Of a DNA stretch of 64,000 nucleotides, positions 41,764 to 52,533 are shown piece after piece. This DNA comes from Alphaproteobacteria bacterium. Lineage in GTDB: Bacteria; Pseudomonadota; Alphaproteobacteria; UBA828. A program made the translations under genes and the position numbers. Under the pieces are notes generated by a model. That model saw only the letters and a program-made list of their open reading frames with translations. It searched no databases and had not been told where the DNA came from. Location: positions 256,001 through 320,000 of the forward strand of contig CAXXVO010000008.1 of assembly GCA_963422645.2 (NCBI GenBank). The letters are read 5' to 3'. Each line of letters opens with the position of its first letter. Position 1 is the stretch's first letter.

Positions 41764-42664
41764 GAGCAGAGGCGTGACGTGCGGGAGGACTTGGATCTAA
41801 CCCCTTCGCCGTCGCTGCCTCCCGGACCTGGGCGCGAATCCAATCCAGCCATGCCGCCATTCCCTCTCCGCTCCGGGCGGAGAGACGGATCTCGGCGATG
41901 GCCGGGTTCACCCTCCGGGCGTACTCGAGCGCCCGGTCCGGGTCGAAGTCCACGTGCGTCAGGAGATCTGTCTTGCTGAGCAGCATCAAATCGGCCGCTG
42001 CGAACATATCGGGATACTTGATCGGCTTGTCCTCGCCCTCGGTCACCGAAAGGATGACCACCTTGCATGCTTCGCCGAGGTCGAAGGCCGCCGGGCACAC
42101 CAGATTGCCCACGTTCTCGATGAAGACGACGCCGCCCGGAGCGAGCGGCAGGTCATCCAGCGCGTGCCCGACCATGTGCGCATCCAGATGGCAGCCCCGG
42201 CCGGTGTTGATCTGCACCGCCGGCACGGCACACGCTCTGATGCGCTCCGCGTCGTTGCTGGTCTCCTGGTCTCCTTCCACCACCCCGATCGGCAGCGTGC
42301 CCTCTAGTGCCGTGATGGTCTCGACCAGTAGAGTGGTCTTGCCCCCGCCTGGGCTCGACATCAGGTTGAGCGCCAGCACCCCCTGCTCGGAGAGCCGGCG
42401 CCGGTTGGCGGCAGCATCCGCGTCGTTGCGGGAGAGGATGTCCCGCTCGATCTCGACGAGGCGCTCCTGGGAGAATCCCGGTACGGAGAGCCCGGCTTCT
42501 CCCGCCCCGTAATGGTCGTGAGCGTGACCGTGGCGGTGTCCGTCACCGGATCCGTCGTGGGAGTGATGGTGATGGGTGTGGGTGTGATGGTGGCCCGAAC
42601 GCTCACCGTGAGCGTGACCCTGGTCGCCCGCAGTAACATCGCCGCATCCGCATACCGAGCACAT
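41756..42664 (-). CDS. hypB: nickel insertion GTPase HypB
   Basis: MCSVCGC, His-rich linker, [24 protein letters not shown]. Confidence 0.95.
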   Translation of the reverse strand: MCSVCGCGDVTAGDQGHAHGERSGHHHTHTHHHHSHDGSGDGHRHGHAHDHYGAGEAGLSVPGFSQERLVEIERDILSRNDADAAANRRRLSEQGVLALNLMSSPGGGKTTLLVETITALEGTLPIGVVEGDQETSNDAERIRACAVPAVQINTGRGCHLDAHMVGHALDDLPLAPGGVVFIENVGNLVCPAAFDLGEACKVVILSVTEGEDKPIKYPDMFAAADLMLLSKTDLLTHVDFDPDRALEYARRVNPAIAEIRLSARSGEGMAAWLDWIRAQVREAATAKGLDPSPPARHASAHA

Positions 42665-42932
42665 GAGCGCCTCCGCACGAAGGGTCCGTCAGAGTCCTGA
42701 CGGGGGATCGAAGAACTGATGGAGTTGAAGGGGCAGGTTACTTGGCAGGCAATGCGTGAATCAAGCGAACCTCGGTCGGGCTGACGTGGCCGATCACGTG
42801 CGCCGCGGCACGTGTGCACGAGGGGATGGCGTGTGCTATTCAGCCTGGGGCCTCCGTCGGCGGACGGCGGCCTCGAACTGGGTGCCTTGCGTCCCGCCGC
42901 ACTCGCTCTAGTCGCGCAGAGGGCCACCATTC

Positions 42933-44000
42933 ATGACCGAATCCCGCACCTCCGCTTGGGAGTTCGTGCCCCACCAGCATCGGGGCCCGAAGCAACAGGC
43001 GGGCGACGACGACCATATCCGCTCGCCCAAGCTGCACAACGGCTCCTTCAAGTCGAGCGGTATCGCGACCTTCCTCGGCGCCCCCTACTGTCCGCCGGAC
43101 CGTCATGCGATCCGCGCCATGGGGGCCAAGATCTGCTTCCTCGGCGTTCCCTGGGATCAGGGACAGATGGTGCGCGCCGGCACCTCGCAAGGCCCGGCCG
43201 GCCTGCGCGAAGCCTCGACCCAGTATTTTCCCTACATGTTCGAGTACGACGTCGACCTGGTCAGCGTCTTCCAGCCGGTCGACTGCGGCGACGTTCCGAT
43301 CGTGCCGGGCAACAACGACCTCTCCCACGAGTACATCCACCAGTACATCACCGAATGCCTGGAAGGCGGCGCCAAGGTCATCTTCTGTGGCGGCGACCAC
43401 TCTGCGCCGATCCCGGGCTCCCGTGCGCTTTCGGATTTCCACCGGGAGGGCCGCATCGGCTATCTGCACATCGATTGCCATCTCGACTCCGCGCCGGATT
43501 GGGGCGGCATCGACAACACCAACTGCTCGGGCCCTTCGCGCGCGTTCGATCTGCCCAACTGCGACGGCGCCAACATGGCCCACATGGGCTCGCGCAACGG
43601 GCTCAACCCGAAGGACTGGTACGACTTCTACGTCGACAACGACGTCCGCCTCATCCCCATGATGGAGGTGGTCGAGCGCGGCGTCGAAAGCTGCACCCGG
43701 GAGATTTTCGAGCTCGCCTGGAAGGGCACGGATGCCGTCTATTGCTCCTGGGACACCGACTCGCTGGACGCCGGCTGCATGCCCGGCACGACAGCGCCGG
43801 AATGCTTCGGCATCAAGTCCCGGGAGGCGATTCAGCTCGCCCGTATCGCCGGCACCTACGGCGCCGACGTCCTGGAGATTTCCGAGCTCTGTCCCCAGTT
43901 CGACGTGAGCCAGATGAGCACCAAGCTCGCGTGCTGCATGATCTACCACTACCTCGGCAGCCGGGCCCAAACACTCCGGGAGCAGGGGATCGCGCCATGA
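42933..44000 (+). CDS. ureohydrolase (agmatinase-like), metal ligands intact
   Basis: GVPWD, GGDHS, IDCHLD, WDTDSLD, PGTTAPE. Confidence 0.9.
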   Translation: MTESRTSAWEFVPHQHRGPKQQAGDDDHIRSPKLHNGSFKSSGIATFLGAPYCPPDRHAIRAMGAKICFLGVPWDQGQMVRAGTSQGPAGLREASTQYFPYMFEYDVDLVSVFQPVDCGDVPIVPGNNDLSHEYIHQYITECLEGGAKVIFCGGDHSAPIPGSRALSDFHREGRIGYLHIDCHLDSAPDWGGIDNTNCSGPSRAFDLPNCDGANMAHMGSRNGLNPKDWYDFYVDNDVRLIPMMEVVERGVESCTREIFELAWKGTDAVYCSWDTDSLDAGCMPGTTAPECFGIKSREAIQLARIAGTYGADVLEISELCPQFDVSQMSTKLACCMIYHYLGSRAQTLREQGIAP

Positions 44001-44040
44001 ACGCACCGACCTCGAATCACGAAGAGAAGGGGACAGAGGA

Positions 44041-45075
44041 ATGAACCCCGCCAAGGCCTACGCACACCTCTTCTCGCCTCTGGGAGGCGACGAGGCCGAC
44101 AACTACCGTGCCCCGGGGCAGATCACCTTCCTGCGTTCCGAGCACGTCGCGCTGGAGGCGGAGAAGCTGCGCGAGGTCAGCGCCCGCTATGCATTCGTCG
44201 GCGTGCCCTTCGACGAGGGCAATATCGGCAAGCCCGGCTCCGAAGAGGGACCGCGGGAGTTTCGGCTGGCCTCCCAGGAGTACTTCCCCTACTGGTTCGA
44301 GTATCAGGTCGATCTTAACGGTAGCAGCGTCGACTGCGGCGACGTGCAGATGCCCAAGGTCAACCCGGAGCTCTCGCGCCAACGCATCTACAAGGCGGTG
44401 CGAGAGATCCTCGCCGCGGGCCTGACCCCCATCATCTGCGGCGGCGATCGCTCGCTTTCCATCCCCGCGACCCAGGCGCTTTCGGATCACATCGGCGCCG
44501 ACAAGAAGATGGGCTACCTGCATTTCGGTGCTCACCTGGATCTTGCCGACACCTGGGCCGGCGAGAGGAACCTCAGCACCTGCGCGCTCTCCCGCATCAC
44601 TGAGCTCCCCAACCTGGCGAGCGACAACGTGAGCCACTTCGGCGCGCGCAACTCGCTCAACCCCAAGGACTGGATCGATCTGGCTCGGGAACGCGGGATT
44701 CGCTTCTTCCCCATGTTCGAGATCCTGGAGCGCGGGGTCGACGATGTGGCGGCGGAAGCCATCGGCCGGGCATGGGACGGCACCGACGCCCAATACGTGA
44801 GCTTCAACTTCAATGTGATGGACGCTTCGATGGCGCCGGGCGTGACGGCGGCGGAGCCGGGTGGCATCGAATCGCGAGAGATGATGCGGATCGCCGGCCT
44901 GCTCGGCGCCCGCGGCGGCGTTAGCGTCATCGATATCTCCGAGCTCTGCCCGATCTTCGACGTGAGCGGCACGACCTCCCGGCTCGCGGTCTGTGTCGTG
45001 CTGCGCACCCTGGCGGCGCTCGCCCAGTCGCGCGGCGAGCAGGTCGACCAGGCAATCAAACGGCCCAGCGACTAA
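44041..45075 (+). CDS. ureohydrolase homolog with degenerate metal site
   Basis: Paralog of the upstream gene; GGDRS, FGAHLD, FNFNVMD replace His/Asp ligands. Confidence 0.88.
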   Translation: MNPAKAYAHLFSPLGGDEADNYRAPGQITFLRSEHVALEAEKLREVSARYAFVGVPFDEGNIGKPGSEEGPREFRLASQEYFPYWFEYQVDLNGSSVDCGDVQMPKVNPELSRQRIYKAVREILAAGLTPIICGGDRSLSIPATQALSDHIGADKKMGYLHFGAHLDLADTWAGERNLSTCALSRITELPNLASDNVSHFGARNSLNPKDWIDLARERGIRFFPMFEILERGVDDVAAEAIGRAWDGTDAQYVSFNFNVMDASMAPGVTAAEPGGIESREMMRIAGLLGARGGVSVIDISELCPIFDVSGTTSRLAVCVVLRTLAALAQSRGEQVDQAIKRPSD

Positions 45076-45141
45076 CCCGTCGCATCGGCCGGCTGCAACT
45101 GTCCCGTCCAGGGGGCCCGCTCCAGGCCAAGGGGGACGGAC

Positions 45142-45975
45142 ATGCACATCGCCTGCCTGACCTTCGACTTCGATGCCGTCTCGGGCTTCATCGCCCAGGG
45201 CCTGCGCTCACCGACGCCGATCAGCCGGGGCGAGTTCGGCCTGGTCGGTGCCGATCGCATCCTGGACCTGCTCAGGCAGCACGACATTCCGACGACCTGG
45301 TTCATCCCCGGTCACACCATCGAGACCTATCCTGAGATGTCCGTCCGCATCACGATTGCAGGACATGAGATCGGCCATCACGGCTGGACCCACATGACTC
45401 CCGTCACCATGTCGCGCGACGAGGAGGAGGCGGGGCTCCAGCGCGGCACCGATGCCATCGTCAAGCTGTGCGGGCAGAAACCCAGAGGCTACCGCTCGCC
45501 CGCCTGGGACCTGAGCGAGAACACGATAGACCTGCTGGTCTCGCGCGGCTTCCTCTACGAGAGCAGCATGATGGGGAACGACTACACCCCCTATTTCGCA
45601 CGCTCGGGCGACGTGGTCGCGCTCGAAGAGCCCATGCAACTCGGGCCCGAGACCAGCCTGGTCGAGATGCCCATCAGCTGGACCCTGGACGACTACCCGC
45701 ACTTCGAATACGTGCGCAACGCACGCTACAGCATGCAGGGCCTGATGCCGGCCGGCGGCGTGCTGCAGAACTGGGTGGACGACTTCGACTACATGACCCG
45801 CACGATGGAATGGGGCGTGCTCACCTACACCTGCCATCCCTTCGTGATCGGCCGCGGCCACCGCATGATGATGCTGGAGCGGCTGATCGAGGCGCTCCGG
45901 GGGCTGGGCGCGGTCTTCATGACCATGGAGGACGCCGCGAACGCCTGGCTGGAGCGCACTAGGCCCTCAGGCTGA
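45142..45975 (+). CDS. polysaccharide deacetylase (CE4, PgdA/PuuE-like)
   Basis: LTFDFD, HEIGHHGWTH, GYRSP, HPFVIGR. Confidence 0.88.
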   Translation: MHIACLTFDFDAVSGFIAQGLRSPTPISRGEFGLVGADRILDLLRQHDIPTTWFIPGHTIETYPEMSVRITIAGHEIGHHGWTHMTPVTMSRDEEEAGLQRGTDAIVKLCGQKPRGYRSPAWDLSENTIDLLVSRGFLYESSMMGNDYTPYFARSGDVVALEEPMQLGPETSLVEMPISWTLDDYPHFEYVRNARYSMQGLMPAGGVLQNWVDDFDYMTRTMEWGVLTYTCHPFVIGRGHRMMMLERLIEALRGLGAVFMTMEDAANAWLERTRPSG

Positions 45976-47562
45976 TGCGCGGATCATCTCGGCCACTTTC
46001 TCGCCGATCATGACGCAGGTCGCGAGGGGATTGCCGCTGACGATGGTCGGCATGATCGAGGCGTCCGCGACAAGGAGGTTCTCGAGCCCCCGCACGCGCA
46101 GGCGGTGATCGACCACTGCTAGCTCGTCCCGGCCCATCTTGCAGGTGCCGACCGGGTGGTATCCGCTGAGCGAGTTCTCGCGCAGGTAGGCGCGCCACTC
46201 GTCGTCCGTTTGCACCTCGCTCGAAGGGCGGTAGTCGCCGGCGATGGACTTGGCGAGCGGCTCGGTCTGGAACAGTTTGCGCTGCAGCTTGGCGCCGGCG
46301 AGCAGTAGTTCGAGGTCGCGTTCGTCGGCGAAGAGGTTTGGTTGAATCGTCGAATGCGTGAGCGGGTCCGCGGAACGGAGCCCGACCCGCCCTCGGGAGA
46401 AGGGCCTGAGCAGGTTGATGAGGCCCGTGACCGCCGGCCGGTCGAAGAGGACCGGCCCGTCCGCCGACAAATCGTAGCCGGCGGGCGTGAACATGTATTG
46501 AAGGTCGGAGCGGCCCTCGCTCCCGTCAACTCGGAGGAACGCCGTGACCTGGGCGTGGGGCGAGGCCGCCGGGCCGGAGCCCGCAAGCAGCCATTGTGCG
46601 CCGTAGAGCAGCGCGCCCACGGGGCCCATCAGCGTGTTGTAGGTCGGCACGCTTGCAAAGCAGGTCTGCGCAAGGCCCGGGTGATCGTGCAGGTTCTCGC
46701 CCACGCCCGGCAGATCGTGAACCACCGGAATGTCGAACGTGGGCAAGTGCGCCGCCGGGCCTACGCCCGAGAGCATGAGGAGCTGCGGCGAAGCATACGT
46801 ACCGGCGCACATGATCACCGCGCGCGTCGCCGCCGCCCGCTCGGTGCGCTCCCGGCGCATGTATTCAACCCCGGTCGCGCGCTTGCCGTCGAAGAGCACG
46901 CGCCGGATGTGGGCGTGAGTCAGCACCCGCAGGTTGCGCCGCCGCATCGCCGGCCTGAGGTAGGCGCGCCCCGTGCTGTGCCGCCGCCCCCTGCGCTGGG
47001 TGGCGGGCACGTAGCCGACGCCGGCCTGCGGCGGCGTGTTGATATCGGCCACGCGCTTGATACCCAAGTTGACGCAGGCCTGGAGATAGTCGTCCGAGAG
47101 CGGGTGCAGGCTGCGGATGTTGGAGACCGAGAGCGGGCCGCCCGCTCCGTGATAGGCATCGGCGCCGTTCTCGTTGTTCTCCGAGCGCTTGAAGTAGGGC
47201 AGCACGCTCTCGAAGTCCCAGCCCTCGCACCCGAGCGCGGCCCAGCCGTCGTAGTCCTCCGGCTGACCCCTGACGTACGACATGCCGTTGATCGCGCTGG
47301 TGCCGCCCAGCACCTTGCCGCGCGGCATGTAGTCCTCGCGCCCGCCGCGCGTCGGATCGGGCTCGGCCTTGAAGCCCCAGTCGTAGCGCGGATTGGACAA
47401 TGCCAGGACAAGCCCTGCGGCGGGCATCGAGACGGCGATGCTCCGGTCCGAGCCGCCGGCCTCCAGTACCAGCACGCGGCTGCGCCCGTCCTCCGTCAAG
47501 CGGTTGGCGACGACGCTGCCGGTCGTCCCCGCACCCACGACGATGTAATCCCACGTCACCAT
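45967..47562 (-). CDS. GMC oxidoreductase (choline dehydrogenase-like)
   Basis: DYIVVGAG, RGKVLGGTSAING, VGENLHDH, HPVGTCKMG. Confidence 0.92.
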   Translation of the reverse strand: MVTWDYIVVGAGTTGSVVANRLTEDGRSRVLVLEAGGSDRSIAVSMPAAGLVLALSNPRYDWGFKAEPDPTRGGREDYMPRGKVLGGTSAINGMSYVRGQPEDYDGWAALGCEGWDFESVLPYFKRSENNENGADAYHGAGGPLSVSNIRSLHPLSDDYLQACVNLGIKRVADINTPPQAGVGYVPATQRRGRRHSTGRAYLRPAMRRRNLRVLTHAHIRRVLFDGKRATGVEYMRRERTERAAATRAVIMCAGTYASPQLLMLSGVGPAAHLPTFDIPVVHDLPGVGENLHDHPGLAQTCFASVPTYNTLMGPVGALLYGAQWLLAGSGPAASPHAQVTAFLRVDGSEGRSDLQYMFTPAGYDLSADGPVLFDRPAVTGLINLLRPFSRGRVGLRSADPLTHSTIQPNLFADERDLELLLAGAKLQRKLFQTEPLAKSIAGDYRPSSEVQTDDEWRAYLRENSLSGYHPVGTCKMGRDELAVVDHRLRVRGLENLLVADASIMPTIVSGNPLATCVMIGEKVAEMIRASA

Positions 47563-48236
47563 CGCCTCCCCGCGATCCCGCCCCGCGCCGGATTTGCGCG
47601 CACACCTCCCTGAAAATGGAGACTGCGGGCCCCGGCGTTTGGACATAGGGTCAGACTTCCTGACCTCGTGATGCTGGCTGTTCTGGGCAGCGTGCCGGGA
47701 ACTCCTTGAATTCTGATACATTTCGGTTGTTTCAGGCGGTTTTTCGCTGGGTGTCGCGCCCGAGGTCTGATAGTATAATTTGATACCAATTGCACGGTCT
47801 CAACCATGCCCAGTACCCTCCCAATGTGCCCTCCAGAGGCGGTCTCGATCGGCAACAGCTGCTTCGCCGTCCTGATCTCGGACGACACCTTCACCTACTT
47901 TTCCAACCTCATTCCCTTTGACAGCCACGCCGCCGATGACCGCACGGCCATGCTCTTGCGGATCGGCCGCCTCGCGGCGATCAGCGCGGTCTCGCCGCAG
48001 GAACTGGCTGACGCTTTCGCTGTCTCGCGCGCGACGGTGCAGCGCGCACGACGGCGCTACCTGGCCGAGGGCGAAGCGGGGTTCATGAAGCCCCGGCGCG
48101 GTCGCGGGCCGTCGGTGTGTTGTTAAGCGTGGAAAAGTGACCCCCTATTGGGGGTGATCGGCGTCCAAAATTGACCCCCTTGGATTTGTGTCCATGAACA
48201 CACCTCGTCGTTTGGACGGACGGGGTGGTGGGGGAG

Positions 48237-49751
48237 ATGCTGGTTGTGGAAACGATCGCGAAGATCCGTCGGGATCATCTGGTGAAGGGCGTTCCGATCA
48301 AGAAGCTCGCCCGGGATTTGAGGGTTTCCAAGAACACGATACGCAAGGTGGTGCGGGGCGATGCGACCTCGCACAGCTACGAGCGCAAGATCCAGCCGAT
48401 GCCGAAGCTTGGGCTGTGGGTGGAGGAGCTTGAGCGCCAGCTGAAGGCCAACGAGAAGAAGGCACGCAAGGATCGGCTGTCTCTTCTGCGGATTCATGAA
48501 GACCTTGTGTCGCTGGGCTACAAGGGCGGCTATGACGCGGTTCGCCGCTATGCCAGGGCCTGGCGGCGCCGGTGGCGGCTGTTGTCGCCGGCGCAGGCCT
48601 ATGTGCCGCTGATCTTCGATCCCGGCGAGGCCTACCAGTTCGACTGGAGCCACGAGTACGCGCGTCTGTCGGGCGCGACGACCAGGGTGAAGGCGGCGCA
48701 CATGCGGCTGTGCCACAGCCGGATGTATCTGGTCCAGATCTTTCCCCGCGAGAGCCAGGAGATGGTCTTCGAGGCGCACGAGCGTGCCTTCCGCTTCTTC
48801 GGCGGGGTCTGCCGGCGGGGCATCTACGACAACATGAAGACGGCGGTGAGCACGATCTTCGTGGGCAAGAAGCGGGACTACAACCGCCGCTTCCAGGAGC
48901 TGTGCTCGCACCATCTGGTGGAGCCTGTGGCGTGCACGCCAGGGGCTGGCTGGGAGAAGGGGCAGGTCGAGAAGCAGGTGGGTGACCTTCGCGGCCGCCT
49001 GTTCGTGCCCATCCCGCGGGGCCGCTCCTACGCCGAGATCAACGAGTGGCTGATGGATCGGTGCATCGAGGACGCCAAGAAGCATCCGCATCCGACAATC
49101 CCGGGCAAGACGGTGTGGCAGGTGTTCGAGGAGGAGCAGCCCTTCCTGATGGCGTATCGCGGCCCCTTCGACGGCTTCCATGCCAGCGAGGTGTCGGTCT
49201 CGAAGACCTGTCTGGTGCGCTTCGACAACAACCAGTACAGCGTCGCGGCCCGCGCCGTCGGCCGGCCGGTGGACGTGCGGGCCTATGCCGATCGGATCGT
49301 CATCCGCCAGGACGGCGAGACCGTTGCCGAGCACCCCCGCAGCTTCGGGCGCGGCCGGTTCGTCTACGATCCGTGGCATTACGTGCCGATCCTGACGCGG
49401 AAGCCCGGCGCGCTACGCAATGGCGCGCCCTTCAAGGACTGGCAGTTGCCCAACGCGCTCGGCCGCCTGCGAACCCGGCTCGCGGGCCACGACGACGGCG
49501 ACCGGCAGTTCGTCAAGGTGCTCGCGGCGGTGCTGGAGGACGGACTGGAGGCGGTTGAGGCGGCCTGTGCCGAGACGCTCGACTGCGGTGCCTGCAGCGC
49601 CGACGTGGTGCTCAACATCCTCGCCCGGCAGCGCCAGCCGGCACCGCCGGCAATCATCCCGACGCCCGAGGGCCTGCAGCTTCGCCACAAGCCGGTAGCC
49701 GACTGTCAGCGCTACGACAGCCTGAGGGAGGCCGGTCATGGAGCGTCATGA
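48237..49751 (+). CDS. istA: IS21 transposase IstA
   Basis: [32 protein letters not shown]. Confidence 0.95.
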   Translation: MLVVETIAKIRRDHLVKGVPIKKLARDLRVSKNTIRKVVRGDATSHSYERKIQPMPKLGLWVEELERQLKANEKKARKDRLSLLRIHEDLVSLGYKGGYDAVRRYARAWRRRWRLLSPAQAYVPLIFDPGEAYQFDWSHEYARLSGATTRVKAAHMRLCHSRMYLVQIFPRESQEMVFEAHERAFRFFGGVCRRGIYDNMKTAVSTIFVGKKRDYNRRFQELCSHHLVEPVACTPGAGWEKGQVEKQVGDLRGRLFVPIPRGRSYAEINEWLMDRCIEDAKKHPHPTIPGKTVWQVFEEEQPFLMAYRGPFDGFHASEVSVSKTCLVRFDNNQYSVAARAVGRPVDVRAYADRIVIRQDGETVAEHPRSFGRGRFVYDPWHYVPILTRKPGALRNGAPFKDWQLPNALGRLRTRLAGHDDGDRQFVKVLAAVLEDGLEAVEAACAETLDCGACSADVVLNILARQRQPAPPAIIPTPEGLQLRHKPVADCQRYDSLREAGHGAS

Positions 49752-50466
49752 TGTGCTGGAGATGATGACCCAGCTGAAGCTCGCAGGTATGCGCGCCGCT
49801 TACGACGACATCCTTGCCGACGGGCTCAAGCGCCGCCATCCGGTGCAACAGATCATCGGTACGCTGCTGCAGGTCGAGATCGCCGACAAGAGGGCCCGCT
49901 CGATCAAGTACCAGATGGCCTCCGCCAAGCTGCCGACGGTCAAGGAGCTGGCCGACTTCGACTTCGCCGCCTCGCCGGTCAACGAGCCCCTGATCCAGGA
50001 GCTCGCCGGCGGCGGCTTCCTCGAGGGCAAACGCAACATCGTGCTGGTCGGCGGCACCGGTACCGGCAAGACCCATCTCGCCGTCGCCATCGCGCGGTCC
50101 TGCATCCGCAAGGGCGCGCGCGGCCGGTGCTACAACGTCGTCGACCTGGTCAACCTCCTCGAGGCCGAGCTTCGCGCCGGACGCCAGGGCCGCACTGCAG
50201 ACCAGCTCGTCCGCCGCGACTTCGTCATCCTCGACGAGCTCGGCTACCTGCCCTTCGCCCAGGCCGGTGGGCAGCTGCTCTTCCATCTGATGAGCCGGCT
50301 CTACGAGCGCACCTCGATCGTCATCACCACAAACCTCGCCTTCGGCGAATGGCCATCCGTCTTCGGCGACCCCAAGATGACCACAGCGCTGCTCGATCGC
50401 CTCACCCATCATTGCGAGATCATCGAGACCGGCAACGAGAGCTGGCGCTTCAAGAACCGCTCCTGA
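49738..50466 (+). CDS. istB: IS21 AAA+ helper IstB
   Basis: [26 protein letters not shown]. Confidence 0.96.
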   Translation: MERHDVLEMMTQLKLAGMRAAYDDILADGLKRRHPVQQIIGTLLQVEIADKRARSIKYQMASAKLPTVKELADFDFAASPVNEPLIQELAGGGFLEGKRNIVLVGGTGTGKTHLAVAIARSCIRKGARGRCYNVVDLVNLLEAELRAGRQGRTADQLVRRDFVILDELGYLPFAQAGGQLLFHLMSRLYERTSIVITTNLAFGEWPSVFGDPKMTTALLDRLTHHCEIIETGNESWRFKNRS

Positions 50467-50838
50467 CCCGCCGCCGGCCTCCCTTGCGGCCCGGTTGCCC
50501 CGGTGGGCCAACAGGGACCCCCCACGCGGCTTCGCTCCGCGTAGCGCAGGGCGCCACACGAAGCCGCGCGGGTCCCCCCTATTGGCTACCGGGACAACCT
50601 CCGCCGTGCCACTCAGGGGGGTCAATTTTGCACGCCGATCGGGGGTCAGTATTGAAAGCCGATTGACACATAGTCTACGACATCGACGGGGCCTCGGAAT
50701 CCGCGCGGCTCGTGTCACCTAAAATCAGCAGAGGTCAGGAAGTCTGAGGGTACTCCGGTTGCGCCGCTCCACGCAGGCGAATCCGGCGATCGCGTCCGGC
50801 GGGGGCAGGCAGGGACATCGGGATGGCAGGGAACCGGT

Positions 50839-52422
50839 ATGGACGATCACACCGTCGCGGTTGATGCGGCACAGACGCCGACCGCGCTGACCTTCGCCAA
50901 CGTCTTCAACGTCGCAGTGCCCTTCATCGACCGGCACCTCGCCGAAGGGCGCAGCGCCAAGGTGGCGATCCGCGATGCGGCAGGCGACGTGACCTATGCC
51001 GAACTCGCCGCCAGCGTGAACCGGGCGGGAAACGCGCTCGCCGCCCTCGGGCTTGGCACCGGCGATCGCGTGCTGATGGTGGTGAAGGACTGCCCCGCGT
51101 TCTTCTATCTGTTCTGGGGCGCGATCAAGGCAGGGTTTGTGCCGGCCCCGCTCAATACGCTGCTGCGCGCGACCGACTACCGCTTCGTGATCGAGAACTC
51201 GCGCGCAGCCTGCATCGTCTGGTCGCCGGAGTTCGCTGGCGAGGTCGAGCCAGCGCTGGCCGAGGCCTCGCACCGGCCGGCGCACGTGTTCCCCGCAGAA
51301 GGCGAGGGCGATAGCTTCGCGGCCCGCCTCGCGGCGGCGTCCGATACACTGGCCCCGGCGCCCGCTGCCGCCGACGATCCCGCCTTCTGGCTCTACACGT
51401 CGGGTTCCACCGGTACGCCCAAGGGCGGCGTTCACCGTCACCGCGACATGGTGGTGACCAGCCAGTATTTCGGGGTCGACACGCTCGGCATCACCACCGA
51501 CGACACCCACTTCTCCGCCGCCAAGCTCTTCTTCGCCTACGGGCTCGGCAACGCCATGACGTTTCCGCTCTGGACCGGCGGCACGGCGGTGCTCCTCGAC
51601 GCCCGGCCGACGCCGGAGACCACGTTTGCCACCATCGAGGCGTTTCGGCCAACCATCTACTACGGCGTGCCGACGCTCTACGCCGCGCAGCGTCAGGCGC
51701 TGGAAAGCGCATCGCCGGATTTTTCCAGCGTGCGTCTTTGCGTCTCGGCGGGCGAACCGCTGCCGGCGGCGATCCTCGAACGCTGGCGCGCTGCCGCCGG
51801 GCTCGACATCGTCGACGGGATTGGCACGACCGAGACCCTGCATATCTTCATCTCCAACCGCCCCGGCAGGGTGGTGCCGGGCACCAGCGGCCGACCCGTG
51901 CCGGGTTACGAGGCGCGCCTGGTCGACGATGACGGGCGCGACGTGGCGCCGGGCGAGACCGGCCACCTGCTGATCCGCGGGCGCTCCCTCATCGCCGAGT
52001 ATTGGGGCGAGCCCGAGCGCACTGCGGCGGCCTTCGAGGGAGAGTGGCTCAGGACCGGCGACACCTACGCGGTCGATGAAGCCGGCTGCTACATCTGCTG
52101 CGGGCGTTCGGACGACATGCTCAAAGTCGGCGGTATCTGGGTCTCGCCCATCGAGATCGAGGCCCGCTTGATCGCCCATCCGGCGGTGCTGGAAGCCGCC
52201 GTTGTGGGCCGCACCGATGATGACGGACTAATCAAGCCCGAGGCCTGGATCGTGCTCGCCGAGGGTCACACCGCGAGCGAGCGCCTGAGCGAGGCGCTGG
52301 TGTCCCACTGCAAGGCCGGGCTCGCTCGCTACAAGTACCCGCGCTGGCTCCGCTACGTCGATCAGTTGCCCAAGACCGCGACCGGCAAGATCCAGCGCTA
52401 CAGGCTGCGCGACGGCGGTTAG
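50839..52422 (+). CDS. benzoate-CoA ligase family protein
   Basis: WLYTSGSTGTPKG, AKLFFAYGLGN, DGIGTTE, LPKTATGKIQR. Confidence 0.9.
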   Translation: MDDHTVAVDAAQTPTALTFANVFNVAVPFIDRHLAEGRSAKVAIRDAAGDVTYAELAASVNRAGNALAALGLGTGDRVLMVVKDCPAFFYLFWGAIKAGFVPAPLNTLLRATDYRFVIENSRAACIVWSPEFAGEVEPALAEASHRPAHVFPAEGEGDSFAARLAAASDTLAPAPAAADDPAFWLYTSGSTGTPKGGVHRHRDMVVTSQYFGVDTLGITTDDTHFSAAKLFFAYGLGNAMTFPLWTGGTAVLLDARPTPETTFATIEAFRPTIYYGVPTLYAAQRQALESASPDFSSVRLCVSAGEPLPAAILERWRAAAGLDIVDGIGTTETLHIFISNRPGRVVPGTSGRPVPGYEARLVDDDGRDVAPGETGHLLIRGRSLIAEYWGEPERTAAAFEGEWLRTGDTYAVDEAGCYICCGRSDDMLKVGGIWVSPIEIEARLIAHPAVLEAAVVGRTDDDGLIKPEAWIVLAEGHTASERLSEALVSHCKAGLARYKYPRWLRYVDQLPKTATGKIQRYRLRDGG

Positions 52423-52533
52423 CCCTGACATCCCGTTCCCGTCTTTCAGTATCCAACCAAACGTTTGTTTTATTTCTCTAGCCCGGATAGGATCGCCGAG
52501 ACGGGACGCGGCGAGCGGCGGGAGCGAGTTGCC

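Larger units (their letters stand above)
48121..50668 (+). mobile_element. IS21-family element
   Basis: TGTTAAGCG...ATTGACA ends with repeated TGACCCC boxes at both ends. Confidence 0.9.
47651..50747 (+). mobile_element. unclassified IS copy 2, internally deleted and containing IS21
   Basis: Same 17-bp IRs, 3-bp TSD GGG; about 2 kb of transposase missing at the IS21 site. Confidence 0.9.

Noticed and set aside
41323-42664. hypAB as evidence of a hydrogenase locus
   Set aside because: No hydrogenase structural or hypCDEF genes nearby; context points to the ureohydrolases
42665-42932. Guanidine riboswitch upstream of the ureohydrolases or hypB
   Set aside because: No tandem ACGR hairpins or ykkC-type 3' motif recognisable by eye; an Rfam scan is needed
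45967-47721. 584-aa GMC with N-terminal extension
   Set aside because: The extension begins inside the IS end; the real start is MVTWDY at 47562
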